The notes: generated by a model from the sequence alone, not told the origin. Shown: positions 10,278 through 20,868, counted from the stretch's first letter. The stretch: DNA of 64,000 nucleotides from a bacterium (GCA_021817945.1 JAKAFL010000002.1:84929-148928), one strand, 5' to 3'. Numbers and translations: made by a program.

Positions 10278-11429
10278 TCAGGAAGAATGCGACAGCGCCT
10301 TTTCCAATTCTGCAAGAAATTGGGCGTGGATTCGATCAGAGTTAAATTCATCTCTTGCGGATTCTGCAGCGGCCATGGCATAATGTCGTAGCTGCGGGGG
10401 AGATTCGGCCAGGTTTTCTATTGCTTCCACCAAGACACAAGGACTGGGGTCGGTGACGCATAAGCCCCGGTCTCCATGGCTGGCCCATCGAACTGCGGAA
10501 CAATACTCAGGCCCCCAGATCACCAATGGTTTTCCAAATTGCGCAAATTCGATTAGTTTGGAAGGAAAGCTGGTTTCCATGCGCCGCCTGAACTGCGGAT
10601 CAAAAACCATGGGAATTAAAAAGGCATCAGCCTCAGCCAGCCATGAGTCCAATTCGCTGCGCCGGGCAAATTCTTTCCAGCGTCCCTCGTTCCGCATGGC
10701 ATCATGAAAATCTTCAGGCCAATTGGGATTGGCGCCCCGGACTTCAAAAAGAAGTTTTTCATTTTTTCCCGCTTCTTTGAGAGCCATGGCAAGCATTGGT
10801 CCGTATTCAAACAAATTTCCAAAATAATAAACCCGAAACCGCTTTGATCCCGCTTTCGTTTTTGTTATTTGAGGCAACAGCGGGGCATTTTTAGGGATTG
10901 GGAAAAGCACCGTTGCCCGGGGATTTTCCCCGAGGGCGCTTTTCATTCCCTCGCACACGCATAGAGCTGCGCTTGATTTCTGGTAAAGTTCTAAAAACTG
11001 GCTCGCCAACCTCCTGCGAAATGGCGAATGCACATTGGGGATGTCAGGCCACCAATCATGAAAAAATGTGACAAGAGGCAGATTGTTTTTCTGAGCAAAC
11101 CGCAAGGCTGCTTGGCAGTCACCAGCATGAGCCACGGTTAAAACGACTGTTCGTCCGGCTTGAATTGATTTCTGCGGTGAAATTGCGTCAATCCAACATC
11201 CATTCTCCAACACCATCAAATCCTCTGCATACCGGCTGAAGCGTGTTGATTTAATTCGTTGCACCACTTTCCAAAAGACACTTTTGCAGCCATCGTTTTC
11301 CGTTTGGCGCTTAAATTGGTCCAGGCAAATTCCGGGGCGCTCAATCAAGTGCCGATGCAAAGTAACTTGCCCTCCGGTTGTTGATTCTGGCAGAACGGAC
11401 GAAATGAGAATCACCCTAATTTCTCTCAT
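10278..11429 (-). CDS. GT-B glycosyltransferase, distant member of local paralog family (WbuB-like PSK motif)
   Basis: ETSFPSKLIEFAQFGKPLVIWGP motif. Alignable with ORFs 11416-12615 and 31897-33084. Overlaps the upstream gene by 14 nt. Confidence 0.6.
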   Translation of the reverse strand: MREIRVILISSVLPESTTGGQVTLHRHLIERPGICLDQFKRQTENDGCKSVFWKVVQRIKSTRFSRYAEDLMVLENGCWIDAISPQKSIQAGRTVVLTVAHAGDCQAALRFAQKNNLPLVTFFHDWWPDIPNVHSPFRRRLASQFLELYQKSSAALCVCEGMKSALGENPRATVLFPIPKNAPLLPQITKTKAGSKRFRVYYFGNLFEYGPMLAMALKEAGKNEKLLFEVRGANPNWPEDFHDAMRNEGRWKEFARRSELDSWLAEADAFLIPMVFDPQFRRRMETSFPSKLIEFAQFGKPLVIWGPEYCSAVRWASHGDRGLCVTDPSPCVLVEAIENLAESPPQLRHYAMAAAESARDEFNSDRIHAQFLAELEKALSHSS

Positions 11430-12615
11430 TCTTCACCAATTTTTCAATTTGCCCCACAAAAATCCCCTGCAACCGATCCGGATTAAAGATTGTCTGACTC
11501 AGTTCATGGGACTTAAGAGAAAGGTCCTTCCTCACTTCAGCATCACGACCAATGCTCCGGCAAGCGTCCAATACCTGTCCTGCATCTGGTGAATTTACCG
11601 CCAAGGCCCCGCCAGTTCGTTTTGCAACTCTTGAAGGAGTGCAATAATCCGGGCCCCAAAGAATGATTGGTTTTGAAAATGCGGAATAATCCAACATTTT
11701 CGTTGTGAAACTGGTCTGCATGTAAAGTTTATGCTCCTCCTCAAAACTCATCACCACAAGCAGCGCATCAGCGCCAGCCAAGACTTTTGCCGCTTCATCC
11801 GGTGGCTTAAAGCCCAGGCACACTCCAGCCTTTGTGGCTTCTTCCAAAATGCCTTTGGGCCAGTCGCCGGTAGGACCCACTATGATGATTTCTAAATCGC
11901 TCTCATCTTTTGCTTTTTCCAACAAAGAACGCAACATTCGCCCATAAAAGTTTTCCGCAGCTCCGACATAAACCAACCTGAATTTTTTATTTTTAGGTGG
12001 AAAAATTGTTTGAGGAATGGTCTGCTTTCCGGGCATGGGATAAATGACGTGGCTATTGGGATGTGGTCCCAAGACCTCCTGCATACCATCACTGGTGCAG
12101 AAGGCCAGATCGCATTGATTGTAAAGGCTCCGATATTGGCGGCTCAGCCAATCTCGAGTCCAGGCAGAACCAAAATGACCTTCCATGACGGGAAACCAAT
12201 CCAGAAATAATCCAGCCAACGGAATCCCATGCCTTTTGGCAGCCCTTGCAGCAATGTGACACAGGCTAGTTTCAGCAAGGGTCAAAACAACTTGTGGTTT
12301 GAATTTTTTGATCGTTTTTTCAAGCTCCCTGTTATGCATTTGCGTCCAAACGCAATTTTCATAGTCCCTAATCAACGAGGCCAGTCGGGGGCCAAACCTT
12401 GATTTTCGGAGACGGTGCAGCAGGTATGGCAAGCGCAACACCGTGTGAATAAGAAGATCGTCGGCAAAGTCAGCGTTGCTTGCAACATGCAACTCAAATG
12501 GATGCCGCTCCACCAAATGCCGATGCATGACAATTCGAACTCCATTATCATTGCGAGGCGGAACTATGCTTGCCAAAAGAACTTTGGTCCTTCTTTCAGA
12601 TTCTGGCAAATTCAT
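11416..12615 (-). CDS. GT-B glycosyltransferase, paralog family member
   Basis: Long identical blocks with ORF 31897-33084, such as PLAGLFLDWFPVM and CDLAFCTSDGMQEVLGPH.NSHVIYPMPG. Confidence 0.65.
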   Translation of the reverse strand: MNLPESERRTKVLLASIVPPRNDNGVRIVMHRHLVERHPFELHVASNADFADDLLIHTVLRLPYLLHRLRKSRFGPRLASLIRDYENCVWTQMHNRELEKTIKKFKPQVVLTLAETSLCHIAARAAKRHGIPLAGLFLDWFPVMEGHFGSAWTRDWLSRQYRSLYNQCDLAFCTSDGMQEVLGPHPNSHVIYPMPGKQTIPQTIFPPKNKKFRLVYVGAAENFYGRMLRSLLEKAKDESDLEIIIVGPTGDWPKGILEEATKAGVCLGFKPPDEAAKVLAGADALLVVMSFEEEHKLYMQTSFTTKMLDYSAFSKPIILWGPDYCTPSRVAKRTGGALAVNSPDAGQVLDACRSIGRDAEVRKDLSLKSHELSQTIFNPDRLQGIFVGQIEKLVKNERN

Positions 12616-13213
12616 TTTTTAAGACGTTGTGAACCATTACCATTTCGGATAAATTGCCAGCCATATTCCAGACAGACAAAGGCCTGATAAGATTAAATCC
12701 GTTTTGATCTGCTCAAACCAAACAGCATGCTCTGTGTTTGGCATTCTGAACAAATCAAAAATTCCGTGCCTGCGATGCTGACGAAAGGTTTATGCGCAAT
12801 GCTCATAGTTATTTTAACATGGTGCTGGCATGCGATAAACCCACCGCGTCTTACCCCCTCTCCGCCAATTTTATTGGGGGAGAGGGACGAGGAGAGGTGG
12901 TGCTGAGATTTCAAAAAGTGAGATTGTTCATCTTTCGCTCTGGCTGTTTGCGAGCACCCCTCTCCTTAATCCTCTCCCCACACTCCGTTTGCGGGGAGAG
13001 GAGACCAAAGGCGTCAGGTTATTTTATGCGCTTGAAAAGGTTGAGCATCTGTGGCGCTTGAAATGTTTTAAGACCGTCACAAACCCATCGTCTCTTTCTC
13101 CCTCTCCGCCAATTTTATTGGGGGAGAGGGGCGGGGAGAGGTGGTGCTGAGATTTCAAAAAGTGAGATTGTTCATCTTTCGCACCGACTGTTTGCGATGC
13201 CCCCCCCTCCCTT

Positions 13214-13405
13214 GGAGAGCCTGTCTGGAAATGGCAATGGGTGCTGTTGTCTGTCGAAAACCCTTCGGGCGGCTTGTCTTTTGGCTTCAGCCTTCGTTGC
13301 TCGCTCCTTGCAGACCCATGGCGGGTATGCTCGTCGTTCGCGCCTCGGCTGAAACCAAAATCCATTGCCGCACCACCCACTGTCATTTCCAGAAAGGCTC
13401 TTTCC
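13214..13405 (+). repeat. 192-bp inverted-repeat-bounded element, copy 1 (MITE-like)
   Basis: Ends GGAGAGCCTGTCTGGAAATGG...CATTTCCAGAAAGGCTCTTTCC. Differs from copy 47686-47877 at 3 positions. Confidence 0.9.
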
Positions 13406-13645
13406 CTCTCCCCACACTCCGTTTGCGGGGAGAGGAGACCAAAGGCGTCAGGTTATTTTATGCGCTTGAAAAGGTTGAGCATCTGTGGCGCTTGAAATGT
13501 TTTAAGACCGTCACAAACCCATCGTCTCTTTCTCCCTCTCCGCCAATTTTATTGGGGGAGAGGGGCGGGGAGAGGTGGTGCTGAGATTTCAGAAAGTGAG
13601 ATTGTTCATCTTTCGCACCGACTGTTTGCGATGCCCCCCTCCCTT

Positions 13646-13837
13646 GGAGAGCCTGTCTGGAAATGGCAATGGGTGCTGTTGTCTGTCGAAAACCCTTCGG
13701 GCGGCATGTCCTTTGTCTTCAACCTTTGTTGCTCCCTCCTTACAGACCCATGGCGGGTATGCTCGTCGTTCGCGCCTCGGCTGAAACCAAAATCCATTGC
13801 CGCAGCACCCACCGTCATTTCCAGAAAGGCTCTTTCC
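13646..13837 (+). repeat. 192-bp inverted-repeat-bounded element, copy 2
   Basis: Same end motifs and same length as copy 1. The central block is the B variant (CATGTCCTTTGTCTTCAACC). Confidence 0.9.
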
Positions 13838-14079
13838 CCCTCCCCACACTCCGTTCGTGGGGCGAGGGAATAAGACACTCTTGATTGTTTAACGGTCTTG
13901 AAAGGGTTAAGCGTCATTGGCACTTGTATTAGTTTAAAACCGTCACAAACCCATCCTCTCTTTCTCCCTCTCCGCCAATTTCATTGGGGGAGAGGTGGTG
14001 CTGAGATTTCGGAAAAAGAAGTTGTTCACCTTTCGCACTGACTGTTTGCGACCACCCCCTCTCCCTTGGAGGCGCTGAG

Positions 14080-15291
14080 TCACGCGAGTTCAACCCAGGG
14101 AGGGGGCGGCCCTCCGTGGGTGAGCCAGTCATAGACTCCCTTCATTTTTTCGGCAACTGCCTGCCATGTGTAATCTTTGCGGACCAAATTGCGCCCGGCT
14201 GCACCCATGGCGGCCAGTTCCGCCGGACCCATGGCCAGGAGTTTATCCAGTCCCTGCCCAATGCCATCCACGCCCGCCGACACCTCCACGGCGCCCCCGG
14301 CCCGGGCCAGTTCGCTGAAATGGCATTCCCGGGTGAGAAGCACCGCTAACCCCGAAGCCGCAGCCTCCAGCACGGCCATGCTAAATCCCTCGCTGTGGGA
14401 GGGCAGCACAAAGGCATCCGCCCCGGCCAGCATCGCGCTTTTGCGGTCGCCATAAGCGGGCCCGGCAAAAACCACCTGGTCGGTCAGGCTCAAATCCACA
14501 GCCATCCGCCGCAATTCCGCTTCGTGGCCGCATTCATCCGGTCCCACCACCACCAGCCGCCAATCCCCTGCACGGGGGCCCGCATGCGCCCAGGCACGCA
14601 GCAAGTCCGGCACCCCCTTTTTGGGATGAATCCGGGATAAAAACAGGAGAATTCGCGCGCCAACCAGATGCGGATGCTCATTCCAGACCCGCCGCGCCTC
14701 ATCCCTGACCAGGGAAGAGGGGAGATCAATGCCGTTGGGAATGACGGCAATGGGGGCTTTCAGGCCATACTCACGCAGGCTCAGCTTCTCCGCGTCGCAT
14801 AGCGCATGAAGGCAATCCGCGCTTTGAAGATTTTTGTTCTCGAAAAGCCGGCCCGCCAGCCGTTTTTTAAGGCTCCCCTGGCGCAAGGCCCAGGGTTCCA
14901 GCATGCCGTGCGGCGACACCACGCGCCGACATCCCATCCGCCGCGATAGGGAACGGCCCAAAATGCCGGGATGCATCCACAGACCGTGCACATGCACCAG
15001 ATCGCCCTTGCCCAGTTCCCCCGCCAGACGGCTTGCGAGATCTGGCGACCAGCCAAAGGCAGCCGGACCTTTCACACGGCCAGAGATGATCGTCAGGGAT
15101 TTGCGTGACCCGGAGTGCTGTTTGGAATCCTCCGCAAAAAAAGCGTCCTCTAATCCGCTCACCACGCCGGGAATACCTAAATCATCGAGGCTGCGGGCCA
15201 AGGCCCAAATGACCGGGGGAATGCCCCCGCCACGCCGCGAGAGCCAGGAGGTAAGATGAATGACCCGCCGCGCTGATTGCGGACCGCTCAC
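14080..15291 (-). CDS. GT4 family glycosyltransferase
   Basis: FVLPSHSEGFSMAVLEAAASGLAVLLT (EX7E-type motif). GTG start at 15291. Confidence 0.85.
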   Translation of the reverse strand: MSGPQSARRVIHLTSWLSRRGGGIPPVIWALARSLDDLGIPGVVSGLEDAFFAEDSKQHSGSRKSLTIISGRVKGPAAFGWSPDLASRLAGELGKGDLVHVHGLWMHPGILGRSLSRRMGCRRVVSPHGMLEPWALRQGSLKKRLAGRLFENKNLQSADCLHALCDAEKLSLREYGLKAPIAVIPNGIDLPSSLVRDEARRVWNEHPHLVGARILLFLSRIHPKKGVPDLLRAWAHAGPRAGDWRLVVVGPDECGHEAELRRMAVDLSLTDQVVFAGPAYGDRKSAMLAGADAFVLPSHSEGFSMAVLEAAASGLAVLLTRECHFSELARAGGAVEVSAGVDGIGQGLDKLLAMGPAELAAMGAAGRNLVRKDYTWQAVAEKMKGVYDWLTHGGPPPPWVELA

Positions 15292-15319
15292 GTGCTTGAC
15301 CTGCCTTTATGGGCCGCCA
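15283..15319. repeat. Direct repeat, left copy (26 nt perfect, ~37 nt imperfect) flanking the acyltransferase cassette
   Basis: ACCGCTCACGTGCTTGACCTGCCTTT is identical to 16625-16650. The extension still reads LAAHKGRSST* on the minus strand, against LMAHKGRSST* at the real GT C-terminus. Confidence 0.9.
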
Positions 15320-15386
15320 ACTTTTTCAGCTTCATTTGGTTCATTGGCCAACTCAACGTCGAATTACCATATATCCCACGTTTTGG

Positions 15387-16517
15387 TCAGTTAACGGCAT
15401 GCGACAAAGGGGTGCGTTTAGTTTTTATTCCGCTTGCCGCTTTTCTTATCCATTCCCTGCAAGGGTGCTCAAAATACCTATAGGAAAGCTCTGAAACCAC
15501 CAAGACCAAGCCAACCACAACAGAACAGGATAAAAATTCACCAAGATGATTTTTCATATAGTTGTTATGGAAAATAGTAATGAATGCTGCCTGCCACAGG
15601 TAAATTGAATACGACCTCTCACCCAGCCATTGAAACACCCTGGTCCTTAAAAGGTGAGCACCCATGCCCTTATCAGAGGCCATAAAGATCACTAAAAATG
15701 GAAAAATAAAAAGAACCGAAAAACCCGGTAAACCAAGAAACGCAACCGAAAACAAAATTCCAATGAACGCAAGCGTCGCCAAGTTGATCAGACGCAAATC
15801 CAAAAATAAGCTGATTTTTTCCCGATAAAGCGAACAAAGCAAAAAACCGATGCTAAACCCAATGATTCCGCGAGCTAGGAAGGCTGGCTTCCAATTAAAA
15901 TTAAAAATGGAGACATTCCCCAGTCTGTATGCCCCAACAACGCAAAAAGCCAAGATCAGAATGAGAACGGCTTTCAGAATGGTGCAAAAGGAATTCTTTT
16001 GCACAAGGCTTTGAAATAAAACAAGCATCGGGAAAATCATGATGTAACAAAAGAATTCAACACCTATGGACCATGCCGGACCATTAAAAGTTGGCAAAGA
16101 ACAGACTCCTGACATCAGGGTCAGATTCAATATAATTTCTCGATGTAGGTCAAAATAAGACCCAACAAATTTTAGCCCATATTTTTGTATACTGTGCAAA
16201 ACAATCGGTATTGCAAGAAATGTTGTCAAATAGTATAGCGGGCAAATTCTTGCAACCCTGGCCACAAAGTAGGATTTCCAATCCACAGGCTTATTTTCAG
16301 ATATGTAAGCCCAATGCAAAATAAAGCCGCTTAAAATAAAAAAGAGGTCCACTGAATATTCGCCCCACTGAAACAATTGGCATATTCGATTTGCCCGCAA
16401 GACACCACCACCCGCCCATGTTAGATGGAATAGAAAAACATATAAAGCTGCTATTCCCCGCAAACCAGTATGTGAATAAATTGCTTTTATTGAGGGTTTC
16501 ATCATTTTTAAAAACAC
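15387..16517 (-). CDS. Acyltransferase family 3 membrane protein (probable glycan O-acetyltransferase)
   Basis: LRGIAALYVFLFHL N-terminal motif and about 10 hydrophobic helices. The gene is strongly AT-rich relative to its neighbours. Confidence 0.8.
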   Translation of the reverse strand: MFLKMMKPSIKAIYSHTGLRGIAALYVFLFHLTWAGGGVLRANRICQLFQWGEYSVDLFFILSGFILHWAYISENKPVDWKSYFVARVARICPLYYLTTFLAIPIVLHSIQKYGLKFVGSYFDLHREIILNLTLMSGVCSLPTFNGPAWSIGVEFFCYIMIFPMLVLFQSLVQKNSFCTILKAVLILILAFCVVGAYRLGNVSIFNFNWKPAFLARGIIGFSIGFLLCSLYREKISLFLDLRLINLATLAFIGILFSVAFLGLPGFSVLFIFPFLVIFMASDKGMGAHLLRTRVFQWLGERSYSIYLWQAAFITIFHNNYMKNHLGEFLSCSVVVGLVLVVSELSYRYFEHPCREWIRKAASGIKTKRTPLSHAVN

Positions 16518-16624
16518 CCGATTTAATACCCCTGCTTATTCCCAATTCGAATTATATCGCCTTCCAATATTGGAAATATTTTTAAACCAAGTAAAAAAAA
16601 GGAGCCACCCTTTATTTTGGATAA

Positions 16625-16661
16625 ACCGCTCACGTGCTTGACCTGCCTTTGTGCGCCATCA
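16625..16661. repeat. Direct repeat, right copy, covering the stop codon region of GT 16630-17913
   Basis: Same 26-mer as 15283-15308. Confidence 0.9.
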
Positions 16662-17913
16662 GCAGCCAGAGTTGCAGACGGGCGAGCAGGGAAAACGAAG
16701 CGGGTTGGGCGGATATTGCCGCCAGCGCGGCCTGTTCCAAGCCTTGGGCGAAATGGTCGGTGCCCCATTTGGAAATGGCAAACCGGGATCTCCTGCCCAT
16801 GGCGGCCAGGTCCTGATCGGGCTGTCCGCAGCGCAACATCAACCGGGCCATTTGCACGGTGTCCCCGGGGTCGAAGGTAAAGCCATTCAACCCTTCCTCC
16901 ACCAGGTCGCCCGCGCAACCGCAGCGGCACGACACCAGCACGGGCAATCCGCACGCCATGGCCTCGTTCACCACCAGGCCCCATTGCTCGGTGATGCTGG
17001 GATGAATGAAAGCCGAGGCCAGGGCATAAAAAAGAGGCAGTTCCTGGTACTGCTTGAACCCGCGCAAAAGCACGTTTTCGCTGAGGCCCAGGGCGCGGAT
17101 GCGCTCAACCAAAGACTCGCGCAAGGGTCCATCACCCATGATGACCAAGTCCCATGGCTTGGCGCCATTGGCCCCATCCTGCACCTGCCAAAGCTGCCGG
17201 TACCGGGAATACGCCTCCACCAATCCATCCAGATTCTTCTTGGGCACAAACCGGGCTGATGCCAGGAAAAAGGTTTCCGGCAGGTTATGTTGCCGACGCA
17301 ATTCCCCGGCGTGACTTCTGAACTGACCCGATTGCTCCTGAAAATAGTCGTTGTCCACGGTGTCATAGCCCGTGAAAATGCGGTCAGCCGGGAAGCCCAG
17401 CTTCTTCAGATATTCTGCATGCGCCCTGCCCCCCACCAATGCGGCGCCGAACAGTTTCAGGAGGCGGCCCTTGATGCCTTCCTTGATTTGCTGGCGATTA
17501 AAATCCCAGGCCGTGGATTCGGACATGACCACGGCGGGCACTTTTTGTTTGGCACACCAATCCAGCGCAGCCAGCGCGCAGCGATCCGACCAGCCCGGGA
17601 TGGCCACCGCCTGGGGCTGAATGCGCGACAAGGTTTCATGGATTCGATGGCGAATCCGCCCGGCGGAGAGGTTTTCCACCGCTTCATTGGCGAACAATTT
17701 CACCCGCTCGAAACCGGCGGCTCCATCCATGGGGTCCCAGGCATACATCCGGTCCACGTCGGAGAATTCCACCGCCGTGACCTGCATTCTGCGGGCTGCG
17801 GCCTGGATCCGGGCATGATGATAAGGCCCCAAGCGATGGAACAGCACGGCCACGCGCAATTTTTTTGCCCCAGGCTTTCCCGCCCCGGATACCGCATGTT
17901 CAGAAATCATCAA
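16630..17913 (-). CDS. GT4 family glycosyltransferase
   Basis: FIHPSITEQWGLVVNEAMACGLPVLVS motif; 427 aa. Confidence 0.85.
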   Translation of the reverse strand: MMISEHAVSGAGKPGAKKLRVAVLFHRLGPYHHARIQAAARRMQVTAVEFSDVDRMYAWDPMDGAAGFERVKLFANEAVENLSAGRIRHRIHETLSRIQPQAVAIPGWSDRCALAALDWCAKQKVPAVVMSESTAWDFNRQQIKEGIKGRLLKLFGAALVGGRAHAEYLKKLGFPADRIFTGYDTVDNDYFQEQSGQFRSHAGELRRQHNLPETFFLASARFVPKKNLDGLVEAYSRYRQLWQVQDGANGAKPWDLVIMGDGPLRESLVERIRALGLSENVLLRGFKQYQELPLFYALASAFIHPSITEQWGLVVNEAMACGLPVLVSCRCGCAGDLVEEGLNGFTFDPGDTVQMARLMLRCGQPDQDLAAMGRRSRFAISKWGTDHFAQGLEQAALAAISAQPASFSLLARLQLWLLMAHKGRSST

Positions 17914-17978
17914 AGAGCCTGTCTATAAAGGACCTTGGGCGCTGCGTCAATGGATTTTGGGCCGTCCCACCGCCGTTT

Positions 17979-18036
17979 CTCACCCTCCCCCCGCGCTTCG
18001 CTGGCATGGGGAGGGAATAAAGACACGCTGGATCGT
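17979..18036 (+). repeat. Solo H3-type hairpin module
   Basis: CTCACCCTCCCCCCGCGCTTCGCTGGCATGGGGAGGGAATAAAGACACGCTGG, same family as H3 modules in the arrays. Confidence 0.8.
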
Positions 18037-18049
18037 TGGACGCCATCGT

Positions 18050-19594
18050 TCACCCCTGCCGGATCCCGGTAAACCCCTTGCGCTTGCGCAAACCGTGCCG
18101 GCGAGCTTCACTGAACATAAAGCTCAATCTTGGAGCGGCATGGGTCATGGCCCCCCACGCGGGTTGAGCGGCCGCCGGTTGGCGGGCTGCCTGTTGAGGC
18201 AGCGCGTCCGATCTGTGCGAGCCTACCCCGGCGCGCGCCCGACGCCGTTCGATCCACCAGATCAACCCGGCCCCGAACACAAAAGGATAAAGCGTGATCA
18301 AGGTAATGTCCCGGCCCAGGTTGAAAGTCAGGATCAAGCCCAGCGCGTACATGGGCAATCGGCCGAACTCCTGCACCTGCAAATCATATCTGGCCAGCCA
18401 GACCACCCAGAGACTCATGAGGAGCGCTGCGGCTGCGGGGCCTAAAATGCGGCCAAAATTCACCACCCCCTGCCCGATCATGCCGGTGGAGATGGTGGTG
18501 TCCACCGTGCCGTTTGGACCGGTGATGTGATGGCCCCGGGCAATGGCGTAATCCAGTCCGATCAAGGGCTTGTTATGCCACAACCCACGGGGGATGGGAT
18601 TCACCAACTCCGCAAAATAGCGCTGGCCCCAGTTGACCCGATAACGCCCGTTCTCAATGAAAGTGCTGATCCAGCACAGCTCCTCGTACATGTTGAGTCC
18701 CTCGTTGTGGACTTTCTTTTGGGCGCTCAAATTCAAACCTTGTTCCTGGAATGCCGCCGTGATGGTGGTATGAGACCGATTGGCGATGATGAATTTCATC
18801 CAGACATTAATGGCCAGAAAAAACAGGAGCAAAACGGCGGCTTTTTTCCACATGCCACCCCTTAACTTTAAGAACACCCAGCATAGGATTGCCGGAATCA
18901 CCAGCGCGAGCAACTGGTTGCGTGTGCGGCTGAAAATGAAAAAGGGCCAGGCTGCAATGCACAGGGCCAAGGCCTGGATCCGAACCTTCCGGTCTGCCGC
19001 CAAGGCCAGAACCACACCCAGCATGGTGGCCGAAAGCAATTGGAGATAAACGGCGACAATCGAAAAGCAATCGAAGCCCGCGCCGATCTGGCCGTGTGAC
19101 CACGGATTGGCCTGATAGCCGAGAAACGGAAAGACATAATAAATCACCTGATCTTTCAATACCAGGAAAGCCACGAAGAGAAGAAACAACCACACAGCGG
19201 CGCAGCCCGCAAAAACCCGTTTGATTTGCCTTTGAATCATTGGTTGATCCACACCGTGTTGGAACAACTTCATCACCCCGCTCCCCCGCGATTTCAGGCT
19301 GCCATTGATGCGGTCGTGCAGCATCGGTGCCGAAACTAGGAAAACCACAAGAAACCACGCCACCTGCCACCAGGCGCTGCTTAGCACTTCCGGCGTAAAC
19401 AATTTTACATGGTTGTGGGGGTAATCATTGTAAAAAGCATCACCCACGTACCAAGCAGCCACGGTGCCCAGGACTGCCAGCAGCGGCAGACCCGTGCCAT
19501 CCTTCATGCGATGCCAGCCCATCATGCCGCCCCACGCGAGGAGCAGAATGACCACCCAAAAGCTGACGGGCATTATGGAGAGAGTTTCGATCAC
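18050..19594 (-). CDS. Wzy / O-antigen-ligase-like polytopic membrane protein (putative polymerase)
   Basis: 514 aa with more than 10 hydrophobic helices. It has FIFSRTRNQLLAL and a large late loop with HNEGLNMYEELCWISTFIENG, as in the Wzy_C domain. The C-terminal ~70 aa are low complexity. Confidence 0.6.
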   Translation of the reverse strand: MIETLSIMPVSFWVVILLLAWGGMMGWHRMKDGTGLPLLAVLGTVAAWYVGDAFYNDYPHNHVKLFTPEVLSSAWWQVAWFLVVFLVSAPMLHDRINGSLKSRGSGVMKLFQHGVDQPMIQRQIKRVFAGCAAVWLFLLFVAFLVLKDQVIYYVFPFLGYQANPWSHGQIGAGFDCFSIVAVYLQLLSATMLGVVLALAADRKVRIQALALCIAAWPFFIFSRTRNQLLALVIPAILCWVFLKLRGGMWKKAAVLLLFFLAINVWMKFIIANRSHTTITAAFQEQGLNLSAQKKVHNEGLNMYEELCWISTFIENGRYRVNWGQRYFAELVNPIPRGLWHNKPLIGLDYAIARGHHITGPNGTVDTTISTGMIGQGVVNFGRILGPAAAALLMSLWVVWLARYDLQVQEFGRLPMYALGLILTFNLGRDITLITLYPFVFGAGLIWWIERRRARAGVGSHRSDALPQQAARQPAAAQPAWGAMTHAAPRLSFMFSEARRHGLRKRKGFTGIRQG

Positions 19595-19859
19595 AAATTC
19601 TTTTGCCGGGATTTTAGGGTTATTTAAACTCCCTGGCTACATCTTCAAATTGAAATTATCCGGTATGAAGTCAAATTGAACGCGTCATTTTTTGCTTCCT
19701 CTCCGCCAAGTACCAGAGGGGGCGGGCCAGCAGTACAACCGCGAATGGACGCCAATTCACGCCAATGAAAATTCTTTTGCGGGGCGGGGAGACCGGGGGC
19801 GCTGGGTGGGTGTTTGTTTTAATTGTCTCACTGACAGTTTGCGAGTGCCCCTCTCCCTT

Positions 19860-20051
19860 GGAGAGCCTGTCTTGAAATGGCAATGGGTGCTGTTGTCTGT
19901 CGAAAACCCTTCGGGCGGCATGTCCTTTGTCTTCAACCTTTGTTGCTCCCTCCTTACAGACCCATGGCGGGTATGCTGGTCACTCGCGCCTCGGCTGAAC
20001 CCAACATCCATTGCCGCACCACCCACTGTCATTTCCAGAAAGGCTCTTTCC
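19860..20051 (+). repeat. 192-bp inverted-repeat-bounded element, copy 3
   Basis: Same ends and length as copies 1 and 2. Central B variant, with the 3' end variant of copy 1. Confidence 0.9.
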
Positions 20052-20777
20052 CTCTCCCCACACTCCGTTCGTGGGGCGAGGGAATAAGACACTCTTGATT
20101 GTTTAACGGTCTTGAAAGGGTTTAGCGTCATTGGCACTTGTATTAGTTTAAAGCCATATCAAACCCACCGCGTCTTACCCCCTCTCCGCCAATTTTATTG
20201 GGGGAGAGGGACGGGGAGAGGTGGTGCTGAGATTTCGGAAAAAGAAGTTGTTCACCTTTCGCACTGGCTGATTGCGAGGTCCCCCCTCCCTGGCCCTCCC
20301 CCCGCGCTTCGCTGGCAGGGAGAGGGAATAAGAGGCGCTGGGTTGCTTATGCGTTTGAAAGGATTGAGCGTCATTGGCGCTTGAAATGTTTTGAGACCGT
20401 CACAAATCCACCGCTTTTTCTCCCTCTCCGCCAATTTCATTGGGGGAGAGGGACGGGGAGAGGTGGTGCTGAAATTTCAGAAAGTGAGATTGTTCATCTT
20501 TCGCACTGACTATTTGCGATCTCCCCCCTCCCTGGCCCTCCCCCCGCGCTTCGCTGGCAGGGAGAGGGAATAAAAGGCGCTGGATTTTTTAAGGATATTG
20601 AAAGGGTTTAGCGTCATTGGCACTTGTATTAGTTTAAAGCCATATCAAACCCACCGCGTCTTACCCCCTCTTCGCCAATTTCATTGGGGGAGAGGGACGG
20701 GGAGAGGTGGTGCTGAAATTTCAGAAAGTGAGATTGTTCATCTTTCGCACCGACTGTTTGCGATGCCCCCCTCCCTT

Positions 20778-20868
20778 GGAGAGCCTGTCTTGAAATGGCA
20801 ATGGGTGCTGTTGTTTGTCGAAAACCCTTCGGGCGGCTTGTCTTTTGGCTCAAGCCTGCGTTGTTCAT
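20778..20868 (+). repeat. 192-bp element, truncated 5' half (copy 4)
   Basis: GGAGAGCCTGTCTTGAAATGGCAATGGGTGCTGTTGTTTGTCGAAAACCCTTCGGGCGGCTTGTCTTTTGGCT..., then homology is lost into an H2 module. Confidence 0.8.

Larger units (their letters stand above)
12788..14078 (+). repeat. Mosaic hairpin-repeat array 1 (H1-S-H2-T units; 4 H1 copies at 12858, 13101, 13536, 13968)
   Basis: Direct reading gives unit periods of 243, 435 and 432 bp. The two long units carry the nested 192-bp element. The array ends 2 nt before the stop of the GT gene at 14080. Confidence 0.9.

Noticed and set aside
13214-13405. The 192-bp element is 64 codons long, and a minus-strand frame (MTVG.AAMDFGFSRGA.DEHTRHGS...CHFQTGSPRE) is open in all copies.
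   Set aside because: Other frames are open too. Between copies 1 and 2 the 7 central nucleotide differences give 5 amino-acid changes, so there is no sign of purifying selection. The ORF boundaries extend into flanking repeat modules.
12788-14078. Could the repeat arrays be CRISPR arrays?
   Set aside because: The units are ~243 bp composites with no unique spacers of constant size. The modules are themselves variable. No cas genes or leader are present.
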